The notes under the pieces were generated by a model, which was not told the DNA's origin, ran no database searches, and saw only the letters and a program-made list of their open reading frames with translations. A stretch of DNA of 64,000 bases from Lama glama (lineage: Eukaryota): contig CM052817.1 of NCBI GenBank assembly GCA_028534125.1, positions 37,760,001 through 37,824,000 on the forward strand, written 5' to 3'. Made by a program: the position numbers and the translations under genes. Below, piece by piece: positions 26,361 to 39,534 of this stretch. Numbering within the stretch: position 1 is the first letter of the stretch; each line of letters opens with the position of its first letter.

Positions 26361-26905
26361 TTTTTTAACATTTTTTATTGATTTATAATCATTTTACAAT
26401 GTTGTGTCAAATTCCAGTCTAGAGCACAATTTTTCAGTTATATATGAACATGTATATATTTGTTATCACATTTTTTTCTCTGTGAGCTACCATAAGATCT
26501 TGTATATATTTCCCTGTGCTATACAGTATAATCTTGTTTATCTATTCTACCATTTTGAAATCCCAGTCTATCTCTTCCCACCCCCTGCCCCCTTGGCAAT
26601 CACAAGTTTGTATTCTATGTCTGTGAGTCTATTTCTGTTTTGTATTTATGCTTTGCTTATTTGTTTGTTTGTCTTTTAGATTCCACATATGAGCGATCTC
26701 ATATGGTATTTTTCTTTCTCTTTCTGGCTTACTTCACTTAGAATGACATTCTCCAGGAGCATCCATGTTGTTGCAAATGGCGTTATGTTGTCGGTTTTTA
26801 TGGCTGAGTAGTATTCCATTATATAAATATACCACCTCTTCTGTATCCAGTCATCTGTTGATGGACATTTAGGCTGTTTCCATGTCTTGGCTATTGTAAA
26901 TAATG
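26361..26905 (-). mobile_element. Young 5'-truncated L1 inserted in a MIR
   Basis: L1 3' UTR and ORF2 end; TSD TATTCTAAGCATTTTT starting at 26350 and 26906. Confidence 0.92.
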
Positions 26906-27008
26906 TATTCTAAGCATTTTTAAAAAGCATTGTATGATTACACCTCAATTTCCTTCTCTGTAACAAAGGGATAATAGTAGTAGGTATAGGTGAGAAAACT
27001 GAGGCACA

Positions 27009-27463
27009 TTGACTTGGTTTGGGTTGCCTAGAAGCAGAACTTGAGATGGGGATTCTTATACAAGTGATTTATTGTAAGAATGCTCTTGGAAGAAAGGTGG
27101 TGAAGGAATCAGGATAGGAGAAGGAAAAAACTAAGCCAGAATGTGCTCTCAGATAAAGCCTAGCTTCAACCTAATCCTATGGGGAGTTCTGGAATAGTAA
27201 TTGCATCAAAAGGCTAGTCCTACTTTGAGTAAAGGAGTCCAGCCTTTTGTATTCCTGTATCAGGCAGTTACTAGTTGTGGACTGGCTGCAGCTGTGATTT
27301 CTGGGGTACCTAATGTTCTAGAAAGGATAAAGCTCCTGTTGCCAAAGGGCAGTTCTCAAGGAAAAGGAGCAAATGTGATCCAGGAACAGCAATTACACCA
27401 GCTGAGGGATGGGGGCACCAATGGAGTAAAGGGATCTGGATGGGGCATCAGCAGTGTCTGATA
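27009..27463 (-). mobile_element. ERVL LTR (LTR16-like), 3' LTR of an adjacent relic provirus
   Basis: TTGGGTTGCCTAGAAGCAGAACTTGAGA antisense end; abuts the antisense PPT GTCCTCCTCTTGCAC. Confidence 0.65.
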
Positions 27464-28920
27464 TAGTCCTCCTCTTGCACTGATGAAATCCACTTGTTTC
27501 TCACATTCAGGCTTACTCTGTCCAAGTGTTGCTTCCCCAAGATTCTGACTGGTTACAAGTTTTGGAAAACCTGCAAGAGAAGGATGAGTAGGAAAAACTA
27601 CAGCCTCTGTTGTTACAGTAGATCCTAAGATCATATCTGATACTCATTATCTTCTGCTTTTACCTTCCATTCTATTTTCTCTCCCTGCTGGTTAGCACTT
27701 CTCCAGTTTAAGGTGGCCTGCCTGCTGGAGTGACCAAGACTCTCAGTCCTGAAAAGTTTAAGCCCCTGATTATTTTGTCTTCATCAGACCAGTGTTCCTA
27801 AATTAACTCACTTAGTGTTGAAACTGGCATAGGAATACTAAGAGATGTCCTGCAGATTATCTGAGTGTCAGTCATATTCTGTGTCCCCACTATGTAGCAA
27901 TAGTCGCTTAGCCTCATGATGACCAGGGTTATCGTCTCTGCCAGTGTATTAACTTCTCTTTGCTAGTCTGCTGGAACAAGGAGCACAGTGACCAGGCAGC
28001 CATTATAGCTTTAAGGTCAGTGGGATTCTTAATGTATCCCCTGGTGGGAGCGAGTACCTCCTGAGAGTCAGGATGTCTATTCCCACAGAGCCTAAAGATT
28101 CAAGGATAGGAACAGACATTCCTCGAGGGGGTTATTGGAGTGACTGTAAGCAGGAAAACTCCTGTTTGTACTCCTTTGTTCCCATATATTCTACGTTTTG
28201 GAGATACAGCACTGAATAAAGGGTATTGGTTCAATGAGTATACTGTATCCTGAAGGCCAGTGTTCTGTCCTCACAGGGCGTCTTCTTCAAACTGGCCCTT
28301 AGCTGCATCTTCAAGAAGTGATTCCACTATTCTGTTAGCTCAGCAGCTTTAGATGGTATGGTATGTGTTAGACCAGTGGATTTTATTATCATGGTCTCAC
28401 TACTAAACCTCCTTTGCCATAAATTGTGTCCATTGACTTGAGGCAATGTTATGAGGGATCTCAACTCATAACAGGAGTATTTGTCAGTTATGATCGAAAT
28501 AAATCATTGCCCTTTTATAGGAGGAAGGAATCTGATGCAATCAGTTTCACATCACTAGGTTGACTGGTGTCTGTGAGGGATGGTTCTGTATTGGAAGCTT
28601 GGCATCTGTCTTTGTCGCCGACATGTTGAGTAGTCCACAGTGATGGTAGCTAGAACAGCCTTGGGGGCCCGTGCTGTTGGGGTCATGAATGAATAGCCTT
28701 ATTCTTTGCCACTGTGTCCTCTCTCTGTTCATGTACCCATGGTGCCAGCACTGATTTGGCCAACTACAGAAGCTAGGTGACATCCTAGCAGCAGAGTCAT
28801 CCTATCCACTTCATTTCTGAGCATTTCTTCAGTAGATACACTCTGGTGGGTATTGATGTGGAATAGAGATCTTTGTGCTGAGTCCCATAAGTCCTTCTAC
28901 GTGCCTCTTCCCCAGATACT

Positions 28921-29440
28921 AATTTTTTTCAAAACTGAAGTGTAGTCAGTTTATAATGTTGTGTCAATTTCAGGTGTACAGCATAATGTTTCAGTCATAA
29001 ATATACATACATATATGCATTTTCATGTTCTTTTTCATTATAGATTACTATAAGGTATTGAATATAGTTCCCTGTGCTATACAGTAGAAACTTGTTGTTT
29101 ATCTATTTTATATATAGTAGTTAGTATTGGCAAATCTCGAGCTCCCAATTTATCCCTTCTCACCCCCTTTCCTCTTTGGTAACCATAAATTTGTTTTCTA
29201 TATTTGAGTTTCTGAGTCTGACTCTGTTTTGTAACTAAGTTCATTTGTGTCTTTTTTTTTTTTTAGATTTCACATATAAATGATATCATATGGTATTTGT
29301 CCTTCTCTTTCTGGCTTACTTCACTTAGAATGACAATCTCCAGGTCCATCCATGTTGCTGCAAATGGCATTATTTTATTCTTTTTTATGGCTAAGTAATA
29401 TTCCATTGTGTTCATATACCGCAGCTTCTTTATCCAGTCA
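28921..29440 (-). mobile_element. 5'-truncated L1 3' end nested in ERVL
   Basis: L1 3' UTR; imperfect TSD TTCCCCAGATACT / TTCTCCAGATATT. Confidence 0.9.
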
Positions 29441-29914
29441 TTCTCCAGATATTCTCATCCATGATTTACCAGTATTGCTACTTTCAGGTCTCTGATCAAC
29501 CAGCTAAGCAATTTGCCTCACAGAAACTGTGTGTATTCTTCCCTTGGACACTTCTCTTTCCATGCAAAATGGATGGCCAGATGCACTGCCCAGATCTCTC
29601 CCTGTTGGAGGGGTTTCCTCTCACTACTCTCTTTTAGAGTCAACTTGAGTGGCACTGTAGACCACCAACTGACCTTTATCAGCTTGTACCAACATACTGA
29701 GCTGACCCATCTGTGAACTAAGTTTAGTTTCTGTTCTTCGCCAGCTGGTCATGGGGAAAGCCACCTCCACTCAAGCCCTAATTTGTTCACAGATGTGAGC
29801 TGAGGGTGAGGCCTTGGTACCGCAGTGGTGAATGACATGGAAATCTGTACCACATATTTGTGCAACTTTCTTGTGCCCTCTGAACCCGATAGCTACATCA
29901 CTTCCATTTTATAC

Positions 29915-30318
29915 GTATTTTCAGAGTTGGTTCTCTGGAAGTGGACTCTAGGAAAAATTTGAGGTACAAGATGTTTTTAAAGAATCAATAGTTGTGAAAG
30001 GAAGTAGAAGGAGGCAAGACTGGGCATAGGAAGAAGTCAGATTTCATCCAGGTCCACCTAGGCATTGGACGACCTGATTGGGAGCTCTGCAGCAACTGGA
30101 CTGCAGGACTGTTGGAGTGTCCTGCAATAGGCTGGAAGAGCCAGGCCTTGGCTTCCTTGTCTCTCTCAGTCACTTGATGTGGGCACTGGGAAAGGTATAA
30201 CCTGGGGTTAAGTGTCTCTCTGCTGCTGAGGCAGACCCTTAAGGAGCTGAGTGCTGGAAGTTGTCTGTACTTCTACTGTTGGTTGGCAAGTCTTCCTCTG
30301 AGCTCCGTATCTGTCTCA
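29915..30318 (-). mobile_element. ERVL solo LTR (LTR33/LTR16-like) nested in the ERVL relic
   Basis: GAGTTGGTTCTCTGGAAGTGGACTCT...TTTGAGGTACAAGATGTTT antisense LTR end. Confidence 0.5.
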
Positions 30319-32379
30319 GCCAGCCTAACCTTATGACTCAATGGGATAGGTCTGATCGTATCCAGATCGTCATCTGCAGTTGCAACTGTGTGTCCTGTGA
30401 TCAGATGCTCAGTCTTCACTGGAGCCCAGGAACATGCCAGAAGCTGTTTGTAAATAGTGCCTAATTCTGTGCTACAGATGACATGCTCTTATTCTAGAAG
30501 CCTAAGTCTCTGTGCTGCAGTTCCCCTATGAGGGTTTGTCAGAAATTCTATTTGGTGTCTTTCTTTAGCAGGTACCTCTCCTATGAGATCTGCTAGGTTA
30601 TCTGTCCCAAGCTGAAGGGCTGCTTTTACACAGCTTGGACCTTCTGTAAAGACCTTTTTATTTTTTGCTCTGAGACCAATTCCAATCTAGCAGTCTTTCT
30701 CATCTCTCAATAAATGGGTTGGTGTTATATTCCAAACAGAACATGCTGCGCTAAAATCCCAAATTGGCCTACCCAGTGCTGTGCTTCTTTTTCAGATGTG
30801 CAAGGTGAATAACTTGCTCTTTAATTTGAAGAGGATCGTTGAGCATGACCTGGGTCACTGGATCCTTAAATGTTTTACTGATGAGATAGGCCCTTGAATC
30901 TTTGCAAGGTTTATCTCCTACCCTCTGGAACACACTCATTTCACTGTGGTACTCAGAATACTTGCCGCTTCTTGCTAATCAGGTCTGATCTGTATGATAT
31001 CATCATTATAGTAAGTTTATGTGATGCTCTATAGAATGTCCAGATGGTCCAGGTGCCTTTATTATAACAGGCAGCAGGAGGTTTATAGCCCTAGGTCAAG
31101 ACAGTGAATTAATATTTTTGTCCATCTCATGTGAGTGAAAATCATGAAACATGAGACAGATTTGTCCAGGACTCCATTTACTATCTCATTTCCATAATGA
31201 CACCAGATATCAGCGTCAAATCAGACCCTGTGTACAACAGCCCTCAAAAGATCTGGGTATTCTCTTTCCCCAGGATATCATTAACTGAGTGAACTACTGT
31301 AGTCCTTTGGGGGTAAGATTGGGAAATTACTGCTATATACATTTTCTGTAGTCTTTTACAATCCTTCCTAATGTAGTCCCAGCCTCTACTTAAGTGAATG
31401 AGTTCTAGGTCTGGAAATTGGTTCTGAACTGGAAATTGGACAAAGGGTCATGACTTTCCTATTGGAGGTCTGACTTCAGCTTTCTGCTCATCCAGTCATG
31501 TTCTCCTTTGATTACATAAATTAGAGGTTATCCTTATTGTCTGCCTGTTTATTTCCCCTTAGGAACCCTATGTTTTATTTGCTGACTCCATTGATTCCTG
31601 TGAGTCAGGCCATCCGGTCCTTGCTGCCTGTCATGGTAATTATGCTTTTCTGGCATCTGAGGGTTAAGTGCCACCCTTAGACTGGCTCTTCTGGGAGCTT
31701 GTCATCCCTGCTGCGAGAGTGAGAGCAGCTCTGTAACGGCACCTCCTGTTACCAGCTCCAGTTCTCGGAAGGCGACCAGTCCCCAGTCAGCTTCTTAGAC
31801 GTACAAATTTCTACTTAGAGTTTGCTCTCTGAAGATTCAGCCTGCAGTACTGGGTTAAGCCAAATTAAACATAATTTCTTTACAGAGGGTTTTTAAATGT
31901 CTTTTATGCCAAAATGGAATGTGAATTTCCATCAACAGTATATAACATTTTGAGTAAAACCCCTATTTAACTATTTTGTCATCGAAATTTCTTTAACTCC
32001 CAAACTGGCAGTTTCTTGGGCCCTGATGTTATTAACACTATAGGTGAAAAATATCTCAAAATGTTATTTTTAGATTTATAATTCTCTAGTTATGAGCATG
32101 TTTTTACATCATTTTTATGTTTGTATATCCTTTTCTGTAAGCTGTTCATTGTTTGCTCATTTAAAAAAATTAGTTGTTAGTCTTTTGTTGATTTATAGAA
32201 GTTCTCTATAGATGGTTGGAATTAGTTCTTTTCCTAATATGATAGAAAATACTTTTTCTTGATTGTTGTTTGACATTTGAAGTTAAGAACTTTTTTTACT
32301 TTTTTTCTCTTTCCTCCCTCCTTTCCTCTCACACTCCCTCCTTTCATTCCTCCTTTGTTTTCTTTATTTCCTATCATAT

Positions 32380-33060
32380 TTTCTATCCTAAGCCATTGTA
32401 ATAACCTTCTAATGGTAATAACCTGGCTTTCATTCTCTTCCTTGTCAGTTTTTTATTCATACAACAGCCAGAATGATTTTTAAGAAGGGCACATGTGAAT
32501 ATGTCACACCCAAGGCTTCAGATACTTCAGTGGTTTCTCGGTGCTCTTAAGATGAGGCACCAAGTTGGTTTACAAGTCTTCTGTAATCTGGGCTCTCACC
32601 TACTCCTGTAGCCCTGTCTTTAGCCACTTCCTTTCTTTTCCTCTAATGTGTCAGGCCTCGTTGCCTTTAGAGCCTTCACAGGTACTGTCACCCATCTGTC
32701 CCTCTTCATGTCCATGCAACTTTGCCTGGGTAATTGCTTGTTCTTCAGAGCTTATCTCAAATGGCACTTCTGTAGGGGCAATTTTTCTACCCCTCAGATT
32801 GGGTCTCTGTTATATGCCTTTGCTGCATCCTGTAATAACCTTTGTAGTCCCTCAGCCAGCTACAGAGTATACATAATTAACCATTTGTTTAGTCAACTGT
32901 TTGTATCTCCTGCAAGATTCTAATCCCTGTGCTGTCAGGAGTTCTCTGTCTCTCCTTGGCCCTCTTTTTGTACTCCCAGCACTTGACAAAGGGTCTGGCA
33001 CTAAGTAGATGTTCAATAAATAGTTGTTTAAAAACTATTGATTGAAGGAAAGAATGATTG
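32380..33060 (+). mobile_element. L2 LINE 3' end
   Basis: ACAACAGCCAGAATGATTTT ... CTGGCACTAAGTAGATGTTCAATAAATAGTTG L2 terminus. Confidence 0.8.
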
Positions 33061-33705
33061 AGTTTTGAGAATTAGGCAGTAGAAAAATGAAGATTTTTAG
33101 TACTATGCTGATACATTTACATTTTATGCCATGGAAAATGAGGAGTCATTAAAGTATTTAATAACAGAAATCAGTTTTAGGCTTGTTCTATTCTTCCCTC
33201 TCTTCCTGCAGTGTTGGATTTTCAATCAATAATTATTTCCTGAGTATTCTTTATATGACGAGGGATACGCATGGGTACATAGTAGGGCATCTGTAATTCC
33301 TTAATCAAAATAGAATGCATTTTTTCCTCTGTTGGTTTAGGGAATTGATTTTAAAATTATATCTGACTTTTTTCTGTTATTTTATTTTAAGCAAATAATT
33401 CTTAGAAGAGAGTTACTATTTCTTCTCAATACTCTCCCAATCCTCCCCAAAATTTCAGTGGTCTGAACCATAATAACAATGTTTTATTAAACAGGTTAAC
33501 ATCACTGTATTAGGGAATTACATTTTTTTGTTTTGTTTTGTTTTAGGGAATTACAGATTTTAATGGTAATGACATGCTCAATGCTACTTTTGTGAAGAGA
33601 GGAAAACACCCATGTAAGTATCAGGTCTTGAAGAAAAAAGATCTATTTTTTGTCTTACATTTTTTAACCTAGAAATTATTAGATGATGATCTAATAATAA
33701 ACATG

Positions 33706-33733
33706 ATAATAATAATAATAATAATAATAATAA
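33706..33733. repeat. (TAA)n microsatellite
   Basis: Seen directly. Confidence 0.9.
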
Positions 33734-35249
33734 CAGAATAATAAGCAGAAAAGATATCTCTGTGCTTCTTTACAGAATGGCTCCGTAATTTCTGTTTTAA
33801 TCTCAGTACTTACTTTTGTTTACGTAATGCTTTTCATGTTCAAATTATTTACCAAAAATTAAGTAATTAATTATAATACTAGACCACGCAAGGCAGATAA
33901 GAATTATCTTCATTTTACAGATTAAGTCAACTGTACCATGTTCCAAGTGATTAATGTTTTAAAATCTCTAATACCAAATGGTCTCTGTTCCTCTGGAAGC
34001 AAGTGGAAATCCAAATTTACATAGTAATTATGTGTTCAATTGTGCTGAGAAAGCAAGTGGCAGGCCCAGATAATCCTCCAAAAAAAAAAAAATACTAGTA
34101 ACATACAAAAGGGTTTTTTATTGTTGTTGAATCATAATATTATTCACATATAGTAATTCCCTTCTTGGAAGTCCTCTGAAGCTAAAACAAAAACAAAAAC
34201 CAAAACCCAAAATAAAAAGCCTTGGTAAATACTTTTTAATGTATAGAATCAATGTAATGAGATGGTTGAATTTGCATCCTGACAAATGAAAAAGAAGCCA
34301 CAGTCTGTTTGGAGATAAGAATGATGCCCAGCCATTTCCTTATCGTTTGGTACATAGTAGTACTGGGCTGCATCCTGGTTACTATTAATACTCCTTCTGC
34401 AAGAAGAAAACTTTTGTGAGGAGAATTTATTGAAAAATAAATTATGAAATATTGTTGAGAATAATTCTTTAGCTTTATATTGTGGAAGGACTCTGGTAAA
34501 CATGCCATTTCTGTTTTTGAAAAAACATAATACTTTTTCTCTTTTTCATGGCAGAGAGACAAGTTATAATTGTTAGTGAAAAAAATGAGGAAAGTGTTTA
34601 TCTATCGATCTGTCATCTCCTCCATACTGTGTTCTACCATGTTCAGAAGGAAGGCCATCCCCATTCAAAAATAGAAAAGGAGAGTGTCTGGTTGATGGTA
34701 TTTTAGTTCAGTGAGAACAGTTTCTTCAGCACTGTCTGATATTGTGCAAAAGTGCCAGATATATCATTATTTATAGATTCAGGGACTTCTATTTCTGATG
34801 ATATGGTACCAGATGTCTTGAGTAACTCTTCTTGTAAAGTACATCTCTAAGTCCTGGAAAAAAATTTTAAAAATTGTTATTTAGATGAGTCATCAAGAAA
34901 ATAAGGGAAATTATGGGAGAAATGACAAGAAGGCATGCATCAGAGGGCAAGAGACAGTCAGAGTCACTTTAATGAGCTGAGAAAGGGTTATGGGAGACTA
35001 GTCTTGGGACTTGTGCAAGGTGGAAGATTGGGCCATAAAGCTAGATCCTCCACATCCTCAGTGGTGGACCAGTGGGTGGACCAGAAAAACCCCGGCCTTC
35101 TGGAGGGTGATGTAGGGATTCTTGTCTATCTCTACCATGGCTCTGGGAAAAGCAGGGGAAAATATGTCTCTTGAGACGTCTCCATGAGGCCTGCCCTAAC
35201 ATGTTTTTTAAAAATTTTCCCAAATCCATACTATTTATGGATTGAAAAA

Positions 35250-36532
35250 CCTTTGGCTAAAAACTAAAGTACTCTCAGACTTCGAGTGTTTTTAATGCCC
35301 CAAGCAAAATCAAAGGCAAATCTCTCTGAAGACATTCATTATAAACTCAGGCCGCAATGCAGTCCCTCAGGGAAAATTCCTATGCATATGAGCTGACAAT
35401 AAAAATCATCAAATACATGCAGAACCATGAGTAAGAGCCAGTAAAAATGTCAAACTACATAATCAGACCAGCAAAGGCTGAATATTGGAATTTATCAGAT
35501 GCCAAATGTAAGTATGAATATTTAATATTTTTAAAGAAGATGCAGGGTATTATCATAAATACCATAGGAGACAATAATCTGCCAAAAAGAACCAATTAGA
35601 TTTTTAAAAAAGAACAAGAAGAGCTTCTGGAAATGATACATATAATTATTTGTGAGAAGCCTGAAGGACTGTTTACACAGCAGATTTGACATGATAAGGA
35701 AGGAAATAGTGACCTGTAACATGCCCTGAAGAAGAGAGGTGTAAAATTGGAAAGTATGAGAGAGAGGTACACGATACGTGTAAGACCGAGTAAGAGGGCT
35801 TAATATATATCTAACTGCAGTATCAGAGACTACAGAAAATGAAGATGAGGCAATATTTTAAAGAAATAATAGTGAAGATTATACAAAAATGATGAAGGGT
35901 GTGAAACTCAAATTCTAGAGGCTTACTGAATCCCTAGAAGAATCTTTAAAAGTAAACCCACACTGAGATCTATCCTAGTGCAAATGCCAAGCCTCAAAGA
36001 CAAGTAAAGATCTTAGAAGCTGCATGATGATGACTTAGTTAATTTCTTCATAGCAACAGTAGGAGCCAGAAGACATTGTAATAAAACTTTTAAATAGCTG
36101 AGATAAAATTATTGTTCATCTCGAATTCTCTGCCATGTAAAACTCTCTCAAGAACAATTGTAGAATAGGTGTTCATTAGAGGAAATGCTAGAAGATTTAC
36201 TTTGAGAAGCTGCAAAATCATCTTAGGAGGAAGAGCTGAGAAGAAAAGGTGAGCAAAGAAAATGGTAAACATGTACGAAACTCTAAATAACCAGTGAGCA
36301 TGTTAACCATCAATAATGATGTCCAATTTGTGGAGTAAAAAAGATAAAGGTGAATTAAAATACTGGAAAAAAGAAGCTTTCAAGATGAGAAGGTGTAGCT
36401 TGAGTTAAAATGATGAGGGAAAAAGTGTTATATCATCAGATATTAAGATAAATACCCATTTTATATTTTAGGGTAATTACTAACATAACAGAATTAGAGT
36501 ATAAAATTTCCAACATATTCAAAAGAGAAATA
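35250..36532 (+). mobile_element. Old L1/HAL1 ORF1 region
   Basis: A-rich strand with ORF1-like motifs (TAATATATATCTAACTGCAGTATCAGA, GCCAGAAGACA, TCTCGAATTCT). Confidence 0.6.
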
Positions 36533-37032
36533 NNNNNNNNNNNNNNNNNNNNNNNNNNNNNNNNNNNNNNNNNNNNNNNNNNNNNNNNNNNNNNNNNNNN
36601 NNNNNNNNNNNNNNNNNNNNNNNNNNNNNNNNNNNNNNNNNNNNNNNNNNNNNNNNNNNNNNNNNNNNNNNNNNNNNNNNNNNNNNNNNNNNNNNNNNNN
36701 NNNNNNNNNNNNNNNNNNNNNNNNNNNNNNNNNNNNNNNNNNNNNNNNNNNNNNNNNNNNNNNNNNNNNNNNNNNNNNNNNNNNNNNNNNNNNNNNNNNN
36801 NNNNNNNNNNNNNNNNNNNNNNNNNNNNNNNNNNNNNNNNNNNNNNNNNNNNNNNNNNNNNNNNNNNNNNNNNNNNNNNNNNNNNNNNNNNNNNNNNNNN
36901 NNNNNNNNNNNNNNNNNNNNNNNNNNNNNNNNNNNNNNNNNNNNNNNNNNNNNNNNNNNNNNNNNNNNNNNNNNNNNNNNNNNNNNNNNNNNNNNNNNNN
37001 NNNNNNNNNNNNNNNNNNNNNNNNNNNNNNNN
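36533..37032. other. Assembly gap (500 N)
   Basis: N-run. Confidence 1.
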
Positions 37033-37422
37033 ATCTGTGCTCAAATAAGTGTGGGATACACAGGACGAAAGAAAGCCAAGCATGCAACTTGTCTGATGGC
37101 TTTTTCAGTTTCTTTATGTGTCTGTAAAGGGGAGCAGCAGTATGCAACATTTCCCAAACCTGTGGAACTGATATGTTTGACCAGCATGACATGGGGGGTG
37201 CAATCCAAATGCAAATTTATTTTTGTCTCTCACCATGTCTCTAAATTTTCTTCAGGGTAGTTGTATTTCCCTAGCCCCTGGATGAAAACTTGACAAGACT
37301 AGATTTTCTTGTCACTCAGTAGTAAAATCTTTAATTTACTTTTGGTTGGAAACAGCATCTTAGGTCAGTTATTAAAATCTTCTTCCCTCCCCGAGCTGGG
37401 ACTGGCTGCCTGGCAGCATCCA

Positions 37423-37458
37423 TCTCTCTCTGACTCTCTCTGTCTCTGTCTCTTTCTT

Positions 37459-37493
<35 letters not shown>

Positions 37494-37505
37494 GTCTTTC
37501 TCTCA
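37423..37505. repeat. (TC/TCTCTG)n microsatellite
   Basis: Seen directly. Confidence 0.9.
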
Positions 37506-38221
37506 CTAGCTGCTTTTGTAAGATCTTCCTGCAGTAGGAGCAGGAGGAGGGAGGGAGGGAGAGAAAGGGGACAGGAGATTTTTTTTAAAAAAATTTTATT
37601 TTTTATTGCCATAGCACGGCTTCATGCTTTCTGAGTCTGGCAGACGTATCATGCTGGATCTTTCTCTCCTGGGTGCTTTGGAAGCTTCCCTGCGTCTTTT
37701 CTGACACAGGCAGTGATGCTCTGTTTTTCCTTCTGCAGCTTCCCTCTCAGCCTTGGTTTTCTGCTGATGTATTTTAGATAGACTCACTCTGTTGTCCTCT
37801 ATCACTCTTCTAGGTGGTCCTCTTGCCAAGTTTAATTGGCTGCAGGCCACTTTTTTTTTTTTTTTTAGGTGGCCCACTTCTGCAATTCATCTACACCTTG
37901 AAATGTCTCAGCAAATCTTTTGGCTTGACAGACTTGGGGTCTGGAGGCCAAGCCAAGGAAGCCACTTCTCCTTTTTCCTGCCAGAGCAGCCAAACGTGGG
38001 TTCATGCTTAATGGCTCTTTCAAGTGAGAATCACCCTCCGGTTCGCTTTGTGTGCCCAGCTACGGGGGTCACATACTATGCTCTCTGACTAGTATTGTTA
38101 AAACCCCTTTCATAAACGTGCAGTTAAGGACAAGCACCTCTCCATCCTTCTGAGTTCTCTTTGGTGATGATGGGGAGTGGACATACAGTCTCTCTAAGTA
38201 AATCCCTCTCTCAAATCTTTA

Positions 38222-39022
38222 TTCTATTTCATCGACTTTAAGAGACCATCTATATTAGTTATCTGTTGCTGCATAACAAGTTATTCCCCCAATTAGCAGT
38301 TTCAAGCAACAGACATTTATTAACACACAGTGTCTAAGGGTCAGGAAGCCGTTATTCCCCCAATTAGCAGTTTCAAGCAACAGACATTTATTAACACACA
38401 CAGTGTCTAAGGGTCAGGAAGCCTGGAGCAACATAAGGTGATTCTAGTTCAGGGTCTGTCTTGAGGTGATAGTGAAGGTGTCAGCCAGGCAGCAGTTACC
38501 TGACACTTTCTCTGGGGCTGGAAGATCTGCTTCTAAGATGGCTTACTCATGATTTTATTGGCAAGAGGCTTCAGTTCCTTGCTGGGTGTTAACAAAAAGC
38601 CTCAGTTCCTTGCCATGTGGAGTCTCCATAGAGTTGTTCATGACATAGCAGGTGACTTCCTCAAAGTCCAAAGTGAGCGATATGAGAGAGAGATACAAAG
38701 ACAAAAACAACAGTGTCTTTTATAACCTAATCTTGGAACTGACATTCTGTCACTTTTGCTATATTTTACTGATTACATAGACAACCCTGGGACAGTGCGG
38801 GAGGGTTCTATCCAAGGCTCTGAATTCCAGGAGGTAGGGATCACTGGGAGCCATCTTGGATGCTGGCTACCACACTATCTATTGTAAATGCACCATTTAT
38901 TTTATGGACCACTAAGAAAAAAAAAAGTCGAGCATTATGATATGAAATCAAATGTAAGGCATATGTAATTTCAGAAATGTTAAAAGGTAAAAGCAGTGAG
39001 TCTTAGAATTGATGACATGCAG
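38222..39022. mobile_element. Non-autonomous DNA transposon (MER96-like) split by an MLT1 LTR
   Basis: Inverted termini TATTTCATCGACTTTAAGA and TCTTAGAATTGATGACATG; internal sequence resumes after the LTR. Confidence 0.55.
38251..38874 (-). mobile_element. MaLR LTR (MLT1E/F-like)
   Basis: TATATTAGTTATCTGTTGCTGCATAACAA ... GGCTACCACA; 5-bp TSD CCATC/CTATC. Confidence 0.85.
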
Positions 39023-39534
39023 AAAAATCTCTCTTATTGGTAAGGGTATTTTGAAGTCCTAAAATTGATTCCTGATTATTTTTATTGAAACTGCATCCTG
39101 GTCTACAATGTTGCTTTGGAATTTTTGTTGTATCTTGTGCACTTCAGTTGAAGCCACCAATTTATCCCATCCTCCTTCCGCCCACTCCACCTTTTTTCTT
39201 GAACCATTCTCATGCACTAATTTTCTGCTGAATGCCTTTTGGGAAAATTGTTCTAGTTTAAATGCTAGTTAGTCCTCTCTGCTTGTTTCTGTGGTTTAAA
39301 TCCCTTTATTGTTAAATATTATCAGAGTGTCAGCATCATGCAGATTGAAGCAGGACACAGATAGTCTTTAAGTGGCTTTGTAATCTCATTTCACAGAGAG
39401 GATAAATTATAGGAAATACAATGAAAATATCTACTCAACTGGATGGCAGAGCAAACTTTTTGTTTTAAATAAGCAATTTGAAAAATTAGTTCAAATATTT
39501 AAATTACATCTTTGAGAGTCTGATGAACTATATA

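Larger units (their letters stand above)
27464..31860 (-). mobile_element. ERVL internal relic (ERV3-16A3-like), decayed pol, with nested L1 and LTR
   Basis: PPT next to the LTR; antisense pol-like motifs (e.g. GATAGGCCCTTGAATCTTTGCAAGGTTTATCTCC); no open frame. Confidence 0.6.

Noticed and set aside
36436..37192. Longest ORFs in the track (215 and 232 aa)
   Set aside because: Artefacts of translating through the 500-N gap.
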